Shown here piece by piece: positions 20,134-28,119 of a stretch of 64,000 nt of DNA (position 1 is its first letter; each line of letters begins with the position of its first letter). Source of the stretch: an uncultured Gemmatimonadales bacterium (GTDB taxonomy: Bacteria; Gemmatimonadota; Gemmatimonadetes; Gemmatimonadales; GWC2-71-9); NCBI GenBank assembly GCA_963795085.1, contig CAWCFX010000006.1, positions 1-64,000 on the forward strand. The letters are read 5' to 3'. Under the pieces are notes generated by a model. It made no database searches and had not been told where the DNA came from. It saw nothing but the letters and a program-made list of their open reading frames with translations. A program made the translations under genes and the position numbers.

Positions 20134-20253
20134 AATTCCCTCAATTCCAACATTCCCTCAATTCCAACATTCCCTCAATTCCCAAATTCCCTCAATTCCA
20201 CCATTCCCTCAATTCCCACATTCCCTCAATTCCCCACATTCCCTCAATTCCCC
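20134..20253 (-). repeat. Tandem array of ~17-bp ATTCCCTCAATTCCAAC units, inverted relative to the 19551 array
   Basis: About 7 units; the reverse complement reads GGAATTGAG-GGAATGTT; overlaps the stop codon of the GWxTD gene. Confidence 0.95.
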
Positions 20254-22406
20254 ACCACCGTAAACCCCCGTTCCTGCCGCGCCCTTCTCCCGTCGGGCCC
20301 CGTCACCACGATCTCCAGCGTGTAGGCTCCCACGCCGAGCCGTTCCAGGTCAATGACCCGCCGGTTGCGGGTGACGTCGCTGCCGGCCGGGTCGGTAAAC
20401 CCGAGGGTCAGCTCCGCCCGGCTTCGCCGCTCCCGCTTCACCGCCAGCTGGGTGGTGTAGGTGGTCCCCGGCCGCAGCCCGTACACCTCGTAGTACAGCT
20501 CCATTTTCGACCCCTGCCGGAAGGTGCGCAGCGGGTTGAAGAACACGGTGTCCTCCGGCACCGGGTTCCAGGTCAGCGAGGATGCCCGGTTGCCCAGCAC
20601 CAGGTCGCTCAGCACCAGGGAGTCGCCGCCGAACCCGAAGCGGCCCACGATGACCGAGCCGGTGGGAAAGACGCCGCCGGTGGTCTCGCCCTGCTGCAGC
20701 GCGAGCCGGAACACCCGGACGCCCGCCGGGATGGTCATCGTCTCCCGGCCCGCGAGGAACTGGCCGGGCGGAATCGGCCCCCGCACGATGTAACGCCGGG
20801 TCGTGTCCATGGTCCCGATGAGTTCGCCGGCGAGGCTGGTGACCAGCACCCGGGTACGCAGCGTGTAACTGGTCTCCCCGTTGGCGGTCTCCGGCCGCAG
20901 CGAGTCGCCCGGAATAGCGTAGGTGAAGTGCACCAGCGATCCGCCTTCCCCCCGGCCGACCGCGAGCACCTGGGCCGCGGCGGGAAGTTTCCGCGGGAAG
21001 GTGAGTTCGTGCCGGTCGGTGGTGGTGCCTTCCTTGATGTCGTCAAAGCCCCGGGACTCCTGGTCCACCCGGAACCGGGCCATGCTGTTCGGGCCGGCGT
21101 TGACCAGCCGCGCGTACTCCGGCCCCCACTTGAACACCGGCGACACCCACAGGGTCTCCGGGGAACAGATGTCCAGCACGCTGGCCTCGAGCCGATATTC
21201 CCGGGCCGCGGTGGTGCCGATCGCCGCAAAGTGAAAGTGGAGGTCGCCGTCGCCGCGGGCATAGCGCCAGCTCACGCTGCAGAAGCCGGGATAGTCCACC
21301 CGTTCGGACGGTTCGCCGTGGCGGATGTAGATCTCGCCCCGGGCATCGTAGTCCCGTTGGGCCGAGCGATAGTCCTCGAAGGGGTCGCCGCCCTGGCTCT
21401 GGTGCACCGTGGAGCGGCGCTTGCCCGGCGGGCGCCGGAAGTAGCGATGGGCGTAGAAGAGCCGGCGATAGTGCTCGGCCAGCCGCTCTCCCGGGACCCT
21501 CATGTCGGCACGGTCCCGCCGGGTCCAGAACCGGCGGAGAAACGATGCCCTGCCGCCGGCGCCGGCGGCATCGTAGGCCCGGACCCCGGAATCGCCGGCG
21601 ATGAGCGCGAAGTCCCGGCGCAGTCCCCCGGTCACCATCGTGTCGTCCAGCGCGGCGAGCGCGTAGTACTCCCGCTGGGCATCGAGGCGCCCCATCGCGA
21701 GCAGGGTCCGCATCAGCTCGAACCGGCCCACCGCCTGCTTGCCCCCGCGCGCCAGGTAGAGCCGGTAGGCGGCCGCCGCGGAGTCGGCGTAGCCCATGTC
21801 CCGCTCCAGGTTGCCCCGCGCCAGGATGAACTCGGGGACCTGCCCCGCCGCGGTGCCCGCGGCGCGGCGGACCATGGACAGCGCCTCCTCCGGCTCGGCA
21901 TTGAAGTGTTGTCGGGAGACGACCGAGACCAGCGCGGTCAGCCCGGGCACGAACGCCGAATCGACCGTGGCGGAGCGGCGCAGCGCCGCCGCGGCCAGCG
22001 TCATGGGGTCGGAACCGAACATCGCCTGGAACCGGGCCCGGAGCCCGTAGGTGGTATCGGCGCCGGCCGCCTCGGTCTCGCCCAGTCCGAGCCAGGGATA
22101 GGGCCAGTCGGGTTTGAGCTCGGCCGCCCACTCGAACTCCGAGCCGGCGTCGTCGTAGCGCAGGGTGCTGCCCAGCTGGCCCAGCCGGAGCGCCAGGAAA
22201 CCGAGCCGGAGGTGCAGCAGGGGGTTGTCCCGGTCCCGCCTGGCGGCCGCGATCAGGTCCCGCTCCAGCACGACCAGCGGGATGCTGTCGGTGACCCGGG
22301 CCAGGGAATCGCGGAACCGCTCGAGATCGGCGCGCTGGGCGCTGTCCTGGCTGTGAAGAGGGGAAACCACACTAAGAAGGAGAGCGCCGACCAGGAAGCG
22401 GGTCAT
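20244..22406 (-). CDS. GWxTD domain-containing secreted protein (paralog 2)
   Basis: Signal peptide MTRFLVGALLL; FLRRFWTRRD...EHYRRLFYA...DARGEIYIRHGEP; TPR-like N-terminus, Ig-like C-terminus. Confidence 0.82.
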   Translation of the reverse strand: MTRFLVGALLLSVVSPLHSQDSAQRADLERFRDSLARVTDSIPLVVLERDLIAAARRDRDNPLLHLRLGFLALRLGQLGSTLRYDDAGSEFEWAAELKPDWPYPWLGLGETEAAGADTTYGLRARFQAMFGSDPMTLAAAALRRSATVDSAFVPGLTALVSVVSRQHFNAEPEEALSMVRRAAGTAAGQVPEFILARGNLERDMGYADSAAAAYRLYLARGGKQAVGRFELMRTLLAMGRLDAQREYYALAALDDTMVTGGLRRDFALIAGDSGVRAYDAAGAGGRASFLRRFWTRRDRADMRVPGERLAEHYRRLFYAHRYFRRPPGKRRSTVHQSQGGDPFEDYRSAQRDYDARGEIYIRHGEPSERVDYPGFCSVSWRYARGDGDLHFHFAAIGTTAAREYRLEASVLDICSPETLWVSPVFKWGPEYARLVNAGPNSMARFRVDQESRGFDDIKEGTTTDRHELTFPRKLPAAAQVLAVGRGEGGSLVHFTYAIPGDSLRPETANGETSYTLRTRVLVTSLAGELIGTMDTTRRYIVRGPIPPGQFLAGRETMTIPAGVRVFRLALQQGETTGGVFPTGSVIVGRFGFGGDSLVLSDLVLGNRASSLTWNPVPEDTVFFNPLRTFRQGSKMELYYEVYGLRPGTTYTTQLAVKRERRSRAELTLGFTDPAGSDVTRNRRVIDLERLGVGAYTLEIVVTGPDGRRARQERGFTVVGN

Positions 22407-22675
22407 CGACCAGCCGGAACTACAAAGCACGAAAGAAAGGGAAACGCGGGCCGACAATTTGCATTCTTACCTCGATTCGTCCATGAATCCCTAACTGCTC
22501 GAGCTACAACTTGAAATTCCGGCCTCGACTCTTATCCCTACACAGGCAACCGCGTGAACCATAAACGACGAAAGAAAAAGAACAACTTTGGAGAGGCAAT
22601 AGAGCGGCGGGTTTTTCTTCTTCTTTCCCACTTTGTCGTACCAGTGTTTTTGTCCATCCAGCAGGCATGCCCCCA

Positions 22676-24904
22676 CTACTCTTTTTCCTTGCTCACCTGG
22701 AAGGCCGCCCGCCGCTCGGCCCGTTTCCCATCCGCCGTGGTGATGATCAGGGTCAGCGTGTAATCGCCCTGGCGCACCCGTTCGAGCTTGATCGCCCGGT
22801 TGACGCGGGTGACCGTCCCCTGGCTCTTCTCCTCGTACTTGAGCGCGATGGCGGCCCGGCCGCCCTGCGGGCGTCCGACCCGGAGCTCCACGTCGTACGG
22901 GGTGCCGGCGGGGAGGCCGTACACCTCGTAGTACAGCTCCATGTCGGCGTTCTGCCGGTACACGCCGGTCGGGTTGAAGAACACGGTGTCCCCCGCCTCG
23001 CGCACCCAGCGCAGGTTGGCGTGCCGGGCCCCCAGCACCACCGAGCTGACCGTAAAGGACGCGCCATCGAAGCTGCCCACGTCGATCGTGGACGTCGGCA
23101 TCACGATGCCGGCCTGCTCGGTCTGGTCCACCGCGATCCGGTAGCTGAGCGTCCCCGCCGGCACGGCCAGGCTCATCCGGTCCACCAGGTTTTCGCCCTG
23201 GGGAATCTGGACCTGGCTCAGGAACATCTTGATGGTGTCCAGCGCGGCGACCACGTTGCCCTGCTGGTCCAGCACCGAGACCCGGAGCCGCACCGGGTAC
23301 ACGAACCCGGCCGGGTTGGGCACCGGTTTGAGGGTCGCGCCCGGCACCGCCCAGGTCACCTGCAGCAGGTTGCCGTCGGCGCTCCGGCCCACCGCCATCA
23401 CGTCGGTGCGGGCCCGGAGATTCTGGGCGAAGCGCAGCTGGTAGCTGTCGGAGGTGGTGCCCTGGGCGATGCTCTTCTGACCCATGCGGCGTTCTTCGCC
23501 GGTCATCATGATCCGCCCGGCCCGGCCCACGCCCTGCAGCCGGCTGTAGATCGGGTCGATCCGTTCCCGCGACTCCAGCAGCCGGGTCACCTCCAGCCCG
23601 CCCAGGCTGTCGCCGGCCTGGAACCGGACCGCGTTGGCATAGCCCAGCACGTCATAGAGCGACTCGATCAGCTTGTAGTCCTGCACGTCCTCCCGGGCGA
23701 CGAAGTGGAACACCAGGTTGCCGTCGATGCGGGCGTACTTCCAGGTCTCGTTCAGCTCGATGTTGGGAATGCCCAGGGTGGCCCGCTCGGTGGGCTCGCC
23801 GTGGCGGATGTAGATCAGGCCCCGGTCGTCGAACTCGGTGCTGTTGGAGCGGTAACGTTCCGCGATATCGTAGTGACGCTTGGTGCTCACCAGCGAGAAG
23901 TTGCGCTGGGCGTAATGCACTCGGCGGTAGTGCTCGGTCAGCCGCTCGTGATCGCCCCGGAGGTCAAGCCGGTCGCGGGCAGTCCAGAATTTCCCGAGGA
24001 ACGCGGCCCGGTCGGCCCCCGAGACCAGGTCGAATTGCGCCATGGTGCTGTCCGGCGCGATGTACAGGAGGTCCTTCCGATACTCGGCGATCCCGATGGA
24101 GTCGTCCAGCGCGGCGCCCTGGTAGTAGGCCTCGGAACCGGTCCGCGCCCCCGCCACGAACTGGGCCCGGGCCAGCTCGATCAGGCCCAGGGACCGGTTG
24201 ATGTTGCCGGCGCCGAGGTAGCGCTGGAAGGACATGACCGCCGTGTCCACGCTCCCTACCTGCCGCTCCACCCGCCCCCGCCACAGCAGCACGTCGGGAT
24301 TGCGCCCGGCCACGGTCGTGGACGCGATGCGAAGGGCTTCCCGCGCGAGATCCAGCTTGATGTTGACCCGCTGTTTGAGTGCGGTATTGGCCAGCTCCAC
24401 CAGGCCGCGCACGAAGGTGGGATCCACCTCGGCGGCCCGCGCAAAGGCCAGCGCGCCCTTGGTCATGTGGTCCTTGCCGAACATGTTCTGCAGCCCCGCC
24501 ACCAGCGCGATCTGCGGCTCGCCGATGCCCAGCTCGGCGAAGCCCAGCCCGTACCACCCGTAGGGCCAGTCCGGTTGGAGCTCGGTGGCCCAGTTGAACT
24601 CGCTGGCCGCGTCTTCGTAGCGTCGCTCCAGGCCCAGGTCGCCCAGCCGCAGGTTCACGAAACCAACCCGGATGTGGCCGAGGGCGTCCGTCCGGTTGGC
24701 CTTGGCCTCGTTCACCAGCCGACCTTCCAGGGCCAGCAGCGCAGTCGTATCGGTGATGCCCTGGAGCGAATCGCGGAAACTCTCGATCGCGGCCCGGTCC
24801 GCGGGAGCCTGGGCGCCAGCGGGGACGGGTGCCACGAGGGACGACAGGAGGCCGCCCACCAGGGAGAGGATGAGGCCGGAAGGACGAAGGCGGGAATGGA
24901 GCAT
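22676..24904 (-). CDS. GWxTD domain-containing secreted protein (paralog 1)
   Basis: Signal peptide; FLGKFWTARD...EHYRRVHYA...DDRGLIYIRHGEP...NETWKY; aligns along its length with 20244-22406. Confidence 0.85.
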   Translation of the reverse strand: MLHSRLRPSGLILSLVGGLLSSLVAPVPAGAQAPADRAAIESFRDSLQGITDTTALLALEGRLVNEAKANRTDALGHIRVGFVNLRLGDLGLERRYEDAASEFNWATELQPDWPYGWYGLGFAELGIGEPQIALVAGLQNMFGKDHMTKGALAFARAAEVDPTFVRGLVELANTALKQRVNIKLDLAREALRIASTTVAGRNPDVLLWRGRVERQVGSVDTAVMSFQRYLGAGNINRSLGLIELARAQFVAGARTGSEAYYQGAALDDSIGIAEYRKDLLYIAPDSTMAQFDLVSGADRAAFLGKFWTARDRLDLRGDHERLTEHYRRVHYAQRNFSLVSTKRHYDIAERYRSNSTEFDDRGLIYIRHGEPTERATLGIPNIELNETWKYARIDGNLVFHFVAREDVQDYKLIESLYDVLGYANAVRFQAGDSLGGLEVTRLLESRERIDPIYSRLQGVGRAGRIMMTGEERRMGQKSIAQGTTSDSYQLRFAQNLRARTDVMAVGRSADGNLLQVTWAVPGATLKPVPNPAGFVYPVRLRVSVLDQQGNVVAALDTIKMFLSQVQIPQGENLVDRMSLAVPAGTLSYRIAVDQTEQAGIVMPTSTIDVGSFDGASFTVSSVVLGARHANLRWVREAGDTVFFNPTGVYRQNADMELYYEVYGLPAGTPYDVELRVGRPQGGRAAIALKYEEKSQGTVTRVNRAIKLERVRQGDYTLTLIITTADGKRAERRAAFQVSKEKE

Positions 24905-24910
24905 TGGGTG

Positions 24911-27730
24911 TCAGAACTCCGAGTCGAAGCCGAGACCAAGGCGCACGGTTCCCCGCCGGGTGGCGGTACCGTCGCTGAGGGCGAGGGCCGCCCCCGTTCG
25001 GAGCCGGAGCGGCACATCGTATAAGACGACCAAGTCCCAGGTAACTTCCACGCCGGCGCTATGAATCCAGCCGGGACGGCCTGAAAATGGGGGTTCCCAC
25101 GCCCGGCCATGGTCATAGAAGAGTCGGAGACTGACCCGGTCAACGCCATAGGGCAAGTCCCAGAAGGGCTCCACCACCAGGGCGATGGGGATCCGGAGCT
25201 CCGCGCTGCCCACCGCCACGGTGCCGCCCCGGAGCTCCCCGGCTTCGAAGCCGCGTACCGGGAAGGCCCGCCCCGAGCCGACGACGATCCCCGGCAGGGG
25301 CTGGTACGTGATGCCGGACGCGCCCCCAACGCCGAAGGTTTCCCGATCCGGCCCCGACGAGGTGGCCGCGCTCACCCGTCCGGCAAGCACCGGATGGGCG
25401 AATCCGCCCAGCCCCTTGAGCGCCTGGTAGAGCGCCAGCCGGCCCCGCCACTCGTCGGACCCGCCCTCCCGGTCCAGCCGCCACCGCCGGCGGTACCGGA
25501 GGGACATGGTCGCACCATCCTCGTCGCTGATGGCGAGGGGCGGCCGCAAGGTGCGGCCTGCGGCGATGCCGACGCTGGCCGCACCATAGCTGGGGTTGAT
25601 GAAGTCCAGGTCCGGGTCGCTGCTGAAATGGTCTTCCTCGAAGTCCGCCGCCACCCGCAAGGTGAACGCCCGGTACCAGCGCCGCCCGGTGGAGTTGAAT
25701 CCGATCTCCGCGTCCCGCTCCCGGCTTACCACCGGCAGCGTATCCGGCGCGAAGACGACCAGCCCGGCATCGCCGTGGTCCTGGCCGAGGTACAGGTCCA
25801 CGGAGTGGCTGGCCCAGCGGCGATAGGTGAAGTAGAGCGAGGCGTCGAGCCGGCCGCCTTCGAATCCCCCGGCGAGCCGGGTCGAGTAGGCCAGCCGGCC
25901 AAGCGGGTCGCTGCCCGAAGTAAAGCCGCCGATGAAAAGACCGGCGGCGCCCTTGTCCACCAGGTACGGGATGAAATAGTGGGGGCGGAGGGCCGGCCAC
26001 GCCGCGTATCCGGTCGCCCTGACGGGCGTGGGGGAGGCCACCTCGGGAAGCGGCCGCTCCAGCACCCCGGGCCCCATGTCCTGCGCCGCCGGCCCGGTGG
26101 GCCAGGGAGTGCGCCGGACGGCCCAGCCATCCGCTTCCATCGAAGAGAAATAGAGCCAGCCCCCGTGGACCCCGGGCTGCCGGGCGCCGTAGGGTTCATC
26201 GGTCAGCTTTACCGGCTCGCCGTCGAGCGCCGTGAGATAGACCTGGGGCAATCCGCTCCGGTCGCTGACGTAGAGCAGCGTGTCATCCGTGACCCAGTTC
26301 GGGTCGGCGAGTACTTCGTTGGCCTGGCCGATGGTGAAGACATTGCCGGCCGAGTCGCCCTGGAGCCGGAGATGGTAAAACCCCCGGTAGTGCCAGGCCG
26401 CGGCCAGCCGGCCGGCGGGACTGATCGCGGGCGACGCGAACGACCCGGCCAGGCGCTGCTCGGTACGCGGACGAATCGAGTCGCCCCCCACCTGCACCAG
26501 CCGGTTGCCCTCGGGGCCCAGCTGCACCGCCACGATCTGGCCGGCGGCCACCGCGAGATCGGTCAGCCGCTGGCCGTGGGTGAGCCGCTGCCACCGCCCC
26601 CCGGCCAGCCGGTAGAGATCAGAGCGGTAGGTGGCCGAATTTTCCAGCTCGAGCCGGGTGGCGTAGAGCGTGTCGCCGGCCCAGGCCAGATCGACGCCGC
26701 CGGTGGTGAGATGGTGCTCCAGCCGGCCGTCGGCGCGGCGGATGACGATCTGGGGCGCCGCGTCTTCGCTCGCCTCGAACCAGGCCACGGCTCCGTCGCG
26801 GGAGACGGCGGGGGCGGGCGGCAGCCGCATCCCGCGGGCGATTACCTCGGAGCGCGACGGCGGCCGGTCGGCAACCTGGCGGCGGTAGTCATCGGCCAGG
26901 TCCTGCCAGAGGCTGTCCCGACGGAACCCGGTCGCCAACCGGAGCGGCCGGCCGGTACGGGTGGGAACCCACTGGCCCGAGGTCCGTTCGACCAGCCGCG
27001 AGACGGCAGAGTCTCCCCCGGCCACGGCGAGCCGCTCGAAGAACCGGGAGCCGAACGCGTAGGGGGCGACGCCGTCGGGCCAGTGCTCGGAGATGTAGGT
27101 CGCCTCGTTGGGCCGCGGCCACCGGCCCCCGCCGGCGCTGGACAAGAGCACCTCGGTGTGCAGGCTGCCATACACCCGGCCCCGGCCGGTGAGGTGGCTC
27201 TCGTACCAGGTGGCGATCCCTTCGGTGACCCAGGAGGGCTGATACAGGTTGGGAAAGGCGCCGGGCACCCGGCCCAGCACCGACTGCACCAGCCGCCAGG
27301 GTCCCTTCACCCGGTCCAGGTGGAAGATGTGGGTCAGCTCGTGGACGATGACGGTGCGGAGCCAGTCGTCGTAGTTCTGGAGGTCCGGCTCGGCGGTGGG
27401 TGGTGCCAGCAGCAGGGTGATCCGGTTGCTGGGAAAGATGCTGGCGGCGCCGTTGGAGAAGTCGGCGGCATCGCTCAGCACGATATCCACGTCCTGCCGC
27501 GGGGGGACCAGTTCCCGGGAGAGAAGCGTGTAGGCCCGCTCGGCTTCCCTCGCGGCATGCTGCGCGACCGAGTCGTAGCCGGCGCGGAAGTGGAGGCGGA
27601 AGTGCTCGGTGTGAAGGGTGCGCCAGGAACCGGCCGGGTTGACCTGGGCCGGGAGGGGAGCGCCGAAGACAACGACAACCAGGAACAGCCAGAATATTCG
27701 GGTCAGTTTTCGTCCTTTACTTGCGGGCAT
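24911..27730 (-). CDS. Outer-membrane protein: zincin-like HExxH domain, beta-propeller, Omp85/BamA-like barrel
   Basis: Signal peptide; WRTLHTEHF, VHELTHIFH, WVTEGIA; YVSDRSGLPQVY (PD40-like); VRGF...SAELRIP; C-terminal Phe. Confidence 0.75.
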   Translation of the reverse strand: MPASKGRKLTRIFWLFLVVVVFGAPLPAQVNPAGSWRTLHTEHFRLHFRAGYDSVAQHAAREAERAYTLLSRELVPPRQDVDIVLSDAADFSNGAASIFPSNRITLLLAPPTAEPDLQNYDDWLRTVIVHELTHIFHLDRVKGPWRLVQSVLGRVPGAFPNLYQPSWVTEGIATWYESHLTGRGRVYGSLHTEVLLSSAGGGRWPRPNEATYISEHWPDGVAPYAFGSRFFERLAVAGGDSAVSRLVERTSGQWVPTRTGRPLRLATGFRRDSLWQDLADDYRRQVADRPPSRSEVIARGMRLPPAPAVSRDGAVAWFEASEDAAPQIVIRRADGRLEHHLTTGGVDLAWAGDTLYATRLELENSATYRSDLYRLAGGRWQRLTHGQRLTDLAVAAGQIVAVQLGPEGNRLVQVGGDSIRPRTEQRLAGSFASPAISPAGRLAAAWHYRGFYHLRLQGDSAGNVFTIGQANEVLADPNWVTDDTLLYVSDRSGLPQVYLTALDGEPVKLTDEPYGARQPGVHGGWLYFSSMEADGWAVRRTPWPTGPAAQDMGPGVLERPLPEVASPTPVRATGYAAWPALRPHYFIPYLVDKGAAGLFIGGFTSGSDPLGRLAYSTRLAGGFEGGRLDASLYFTYRRWASHSVDLYLGQDHGDAGLVVFAPDTLPVVSRERDAEIGFNSTGRRWYRAFTLRVAADFEEDHFSSDPDLDFINPSYGAASVGIAAGRTLRPPLAISDEDGATMSLRYRRRWRLDREGGSDEWRGRLALYQALKGLGGFAHPVLAGRVSAATSSGPDRETFGVGGASGITYQPLPGIVVGSGRAFPVRGFEAGELRGGTVAVGSAELRIPIALVVEPFWDLPYGVDRVSLRLFYDHGRAWEPPFSGRPGWIHSAGVEVTWDLVVLYDVPLRLRTGAALALSDGTATRRGTVRLGLGFDSEF

Positions 27731-27751
27731 CAGGCCACGACGCACCGCATA

Positions 27752-27882
27752 TTCCGAGGCGCTTTAACGCAGAGAGCGCAGAATGAACTGAGAGAAGGCG
27801 GAAACCAGGAACAGGTCCTTAGTTGTTGAACTGCGACCTTGTTGTTCAACTGGGCGTATCTCCGCGTTAATGTGCCTCGGAA
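27752..27882. mobile_element. MITE-like element, copy 1, with GxxExxY-type terminal inverted repeats
   Basis: Left TTCCGAGGCGCTTTAACGC; right GCGTTAATGTGCCTCGGAA; internal GTTGAAC...GTTCAAC inverted pair; no credible gene. Confidence 0.6.
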
Positions 27883-27948
27883 CCAGAATCCATTCCGACC
27901 TTCAACACCCAGCCCGGTTGCGGGCGTCAGGCCCCGACGCACCGCCTA

Positions 27949-28081
27949 TTCCGAGGCGCTTTAACGCAGAGAACACAGAAATGAACCGCGAGAACGCGGA
28001 AACCATGAACTAGTCCTTAGTTGTTGAACTGCGGCCTCGTTGTTCAACTCAGCGTCTCTCCGCGTTAATGTAGCCTCGGAA
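27949..28081. mobile_element. MITE-like element, copy 2
   Basis: Left TTCCGAGGCGCTTTAACGC; right GCGTTAATGTAGCCTCGGAA; same internal inverted pair. Confidence 0.6.
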
Positions 28082-28119
28082 CCGGAATCCATTCCGTCAT
28101 TCAACACCCAGCCCGGTAC

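Larger units (their letters stand above)
27721..28117. repeat. Two diverged tandem copies of a ~198-bp unit
   Basis: Copy 1 about 27721-27917 and copy 2 about 27918-28117 align end to end (TTGCGGGC.TCAGGCC.CGACGCACCGC...TTCAACACCCAGCCCGG). Confidence 0.93.

Noticed and set aside
19551..20253. Repeat arrays as CRISPR
   Set aside because: Contiguous 8-9-bp units with no unique spacers and no cas genes
27721..28117. CRISPR or tRNA interpretation of the duplicated unit
   Set aside because: Only two long copies that are similar throughout, and no cloverleaf or T-loop motif
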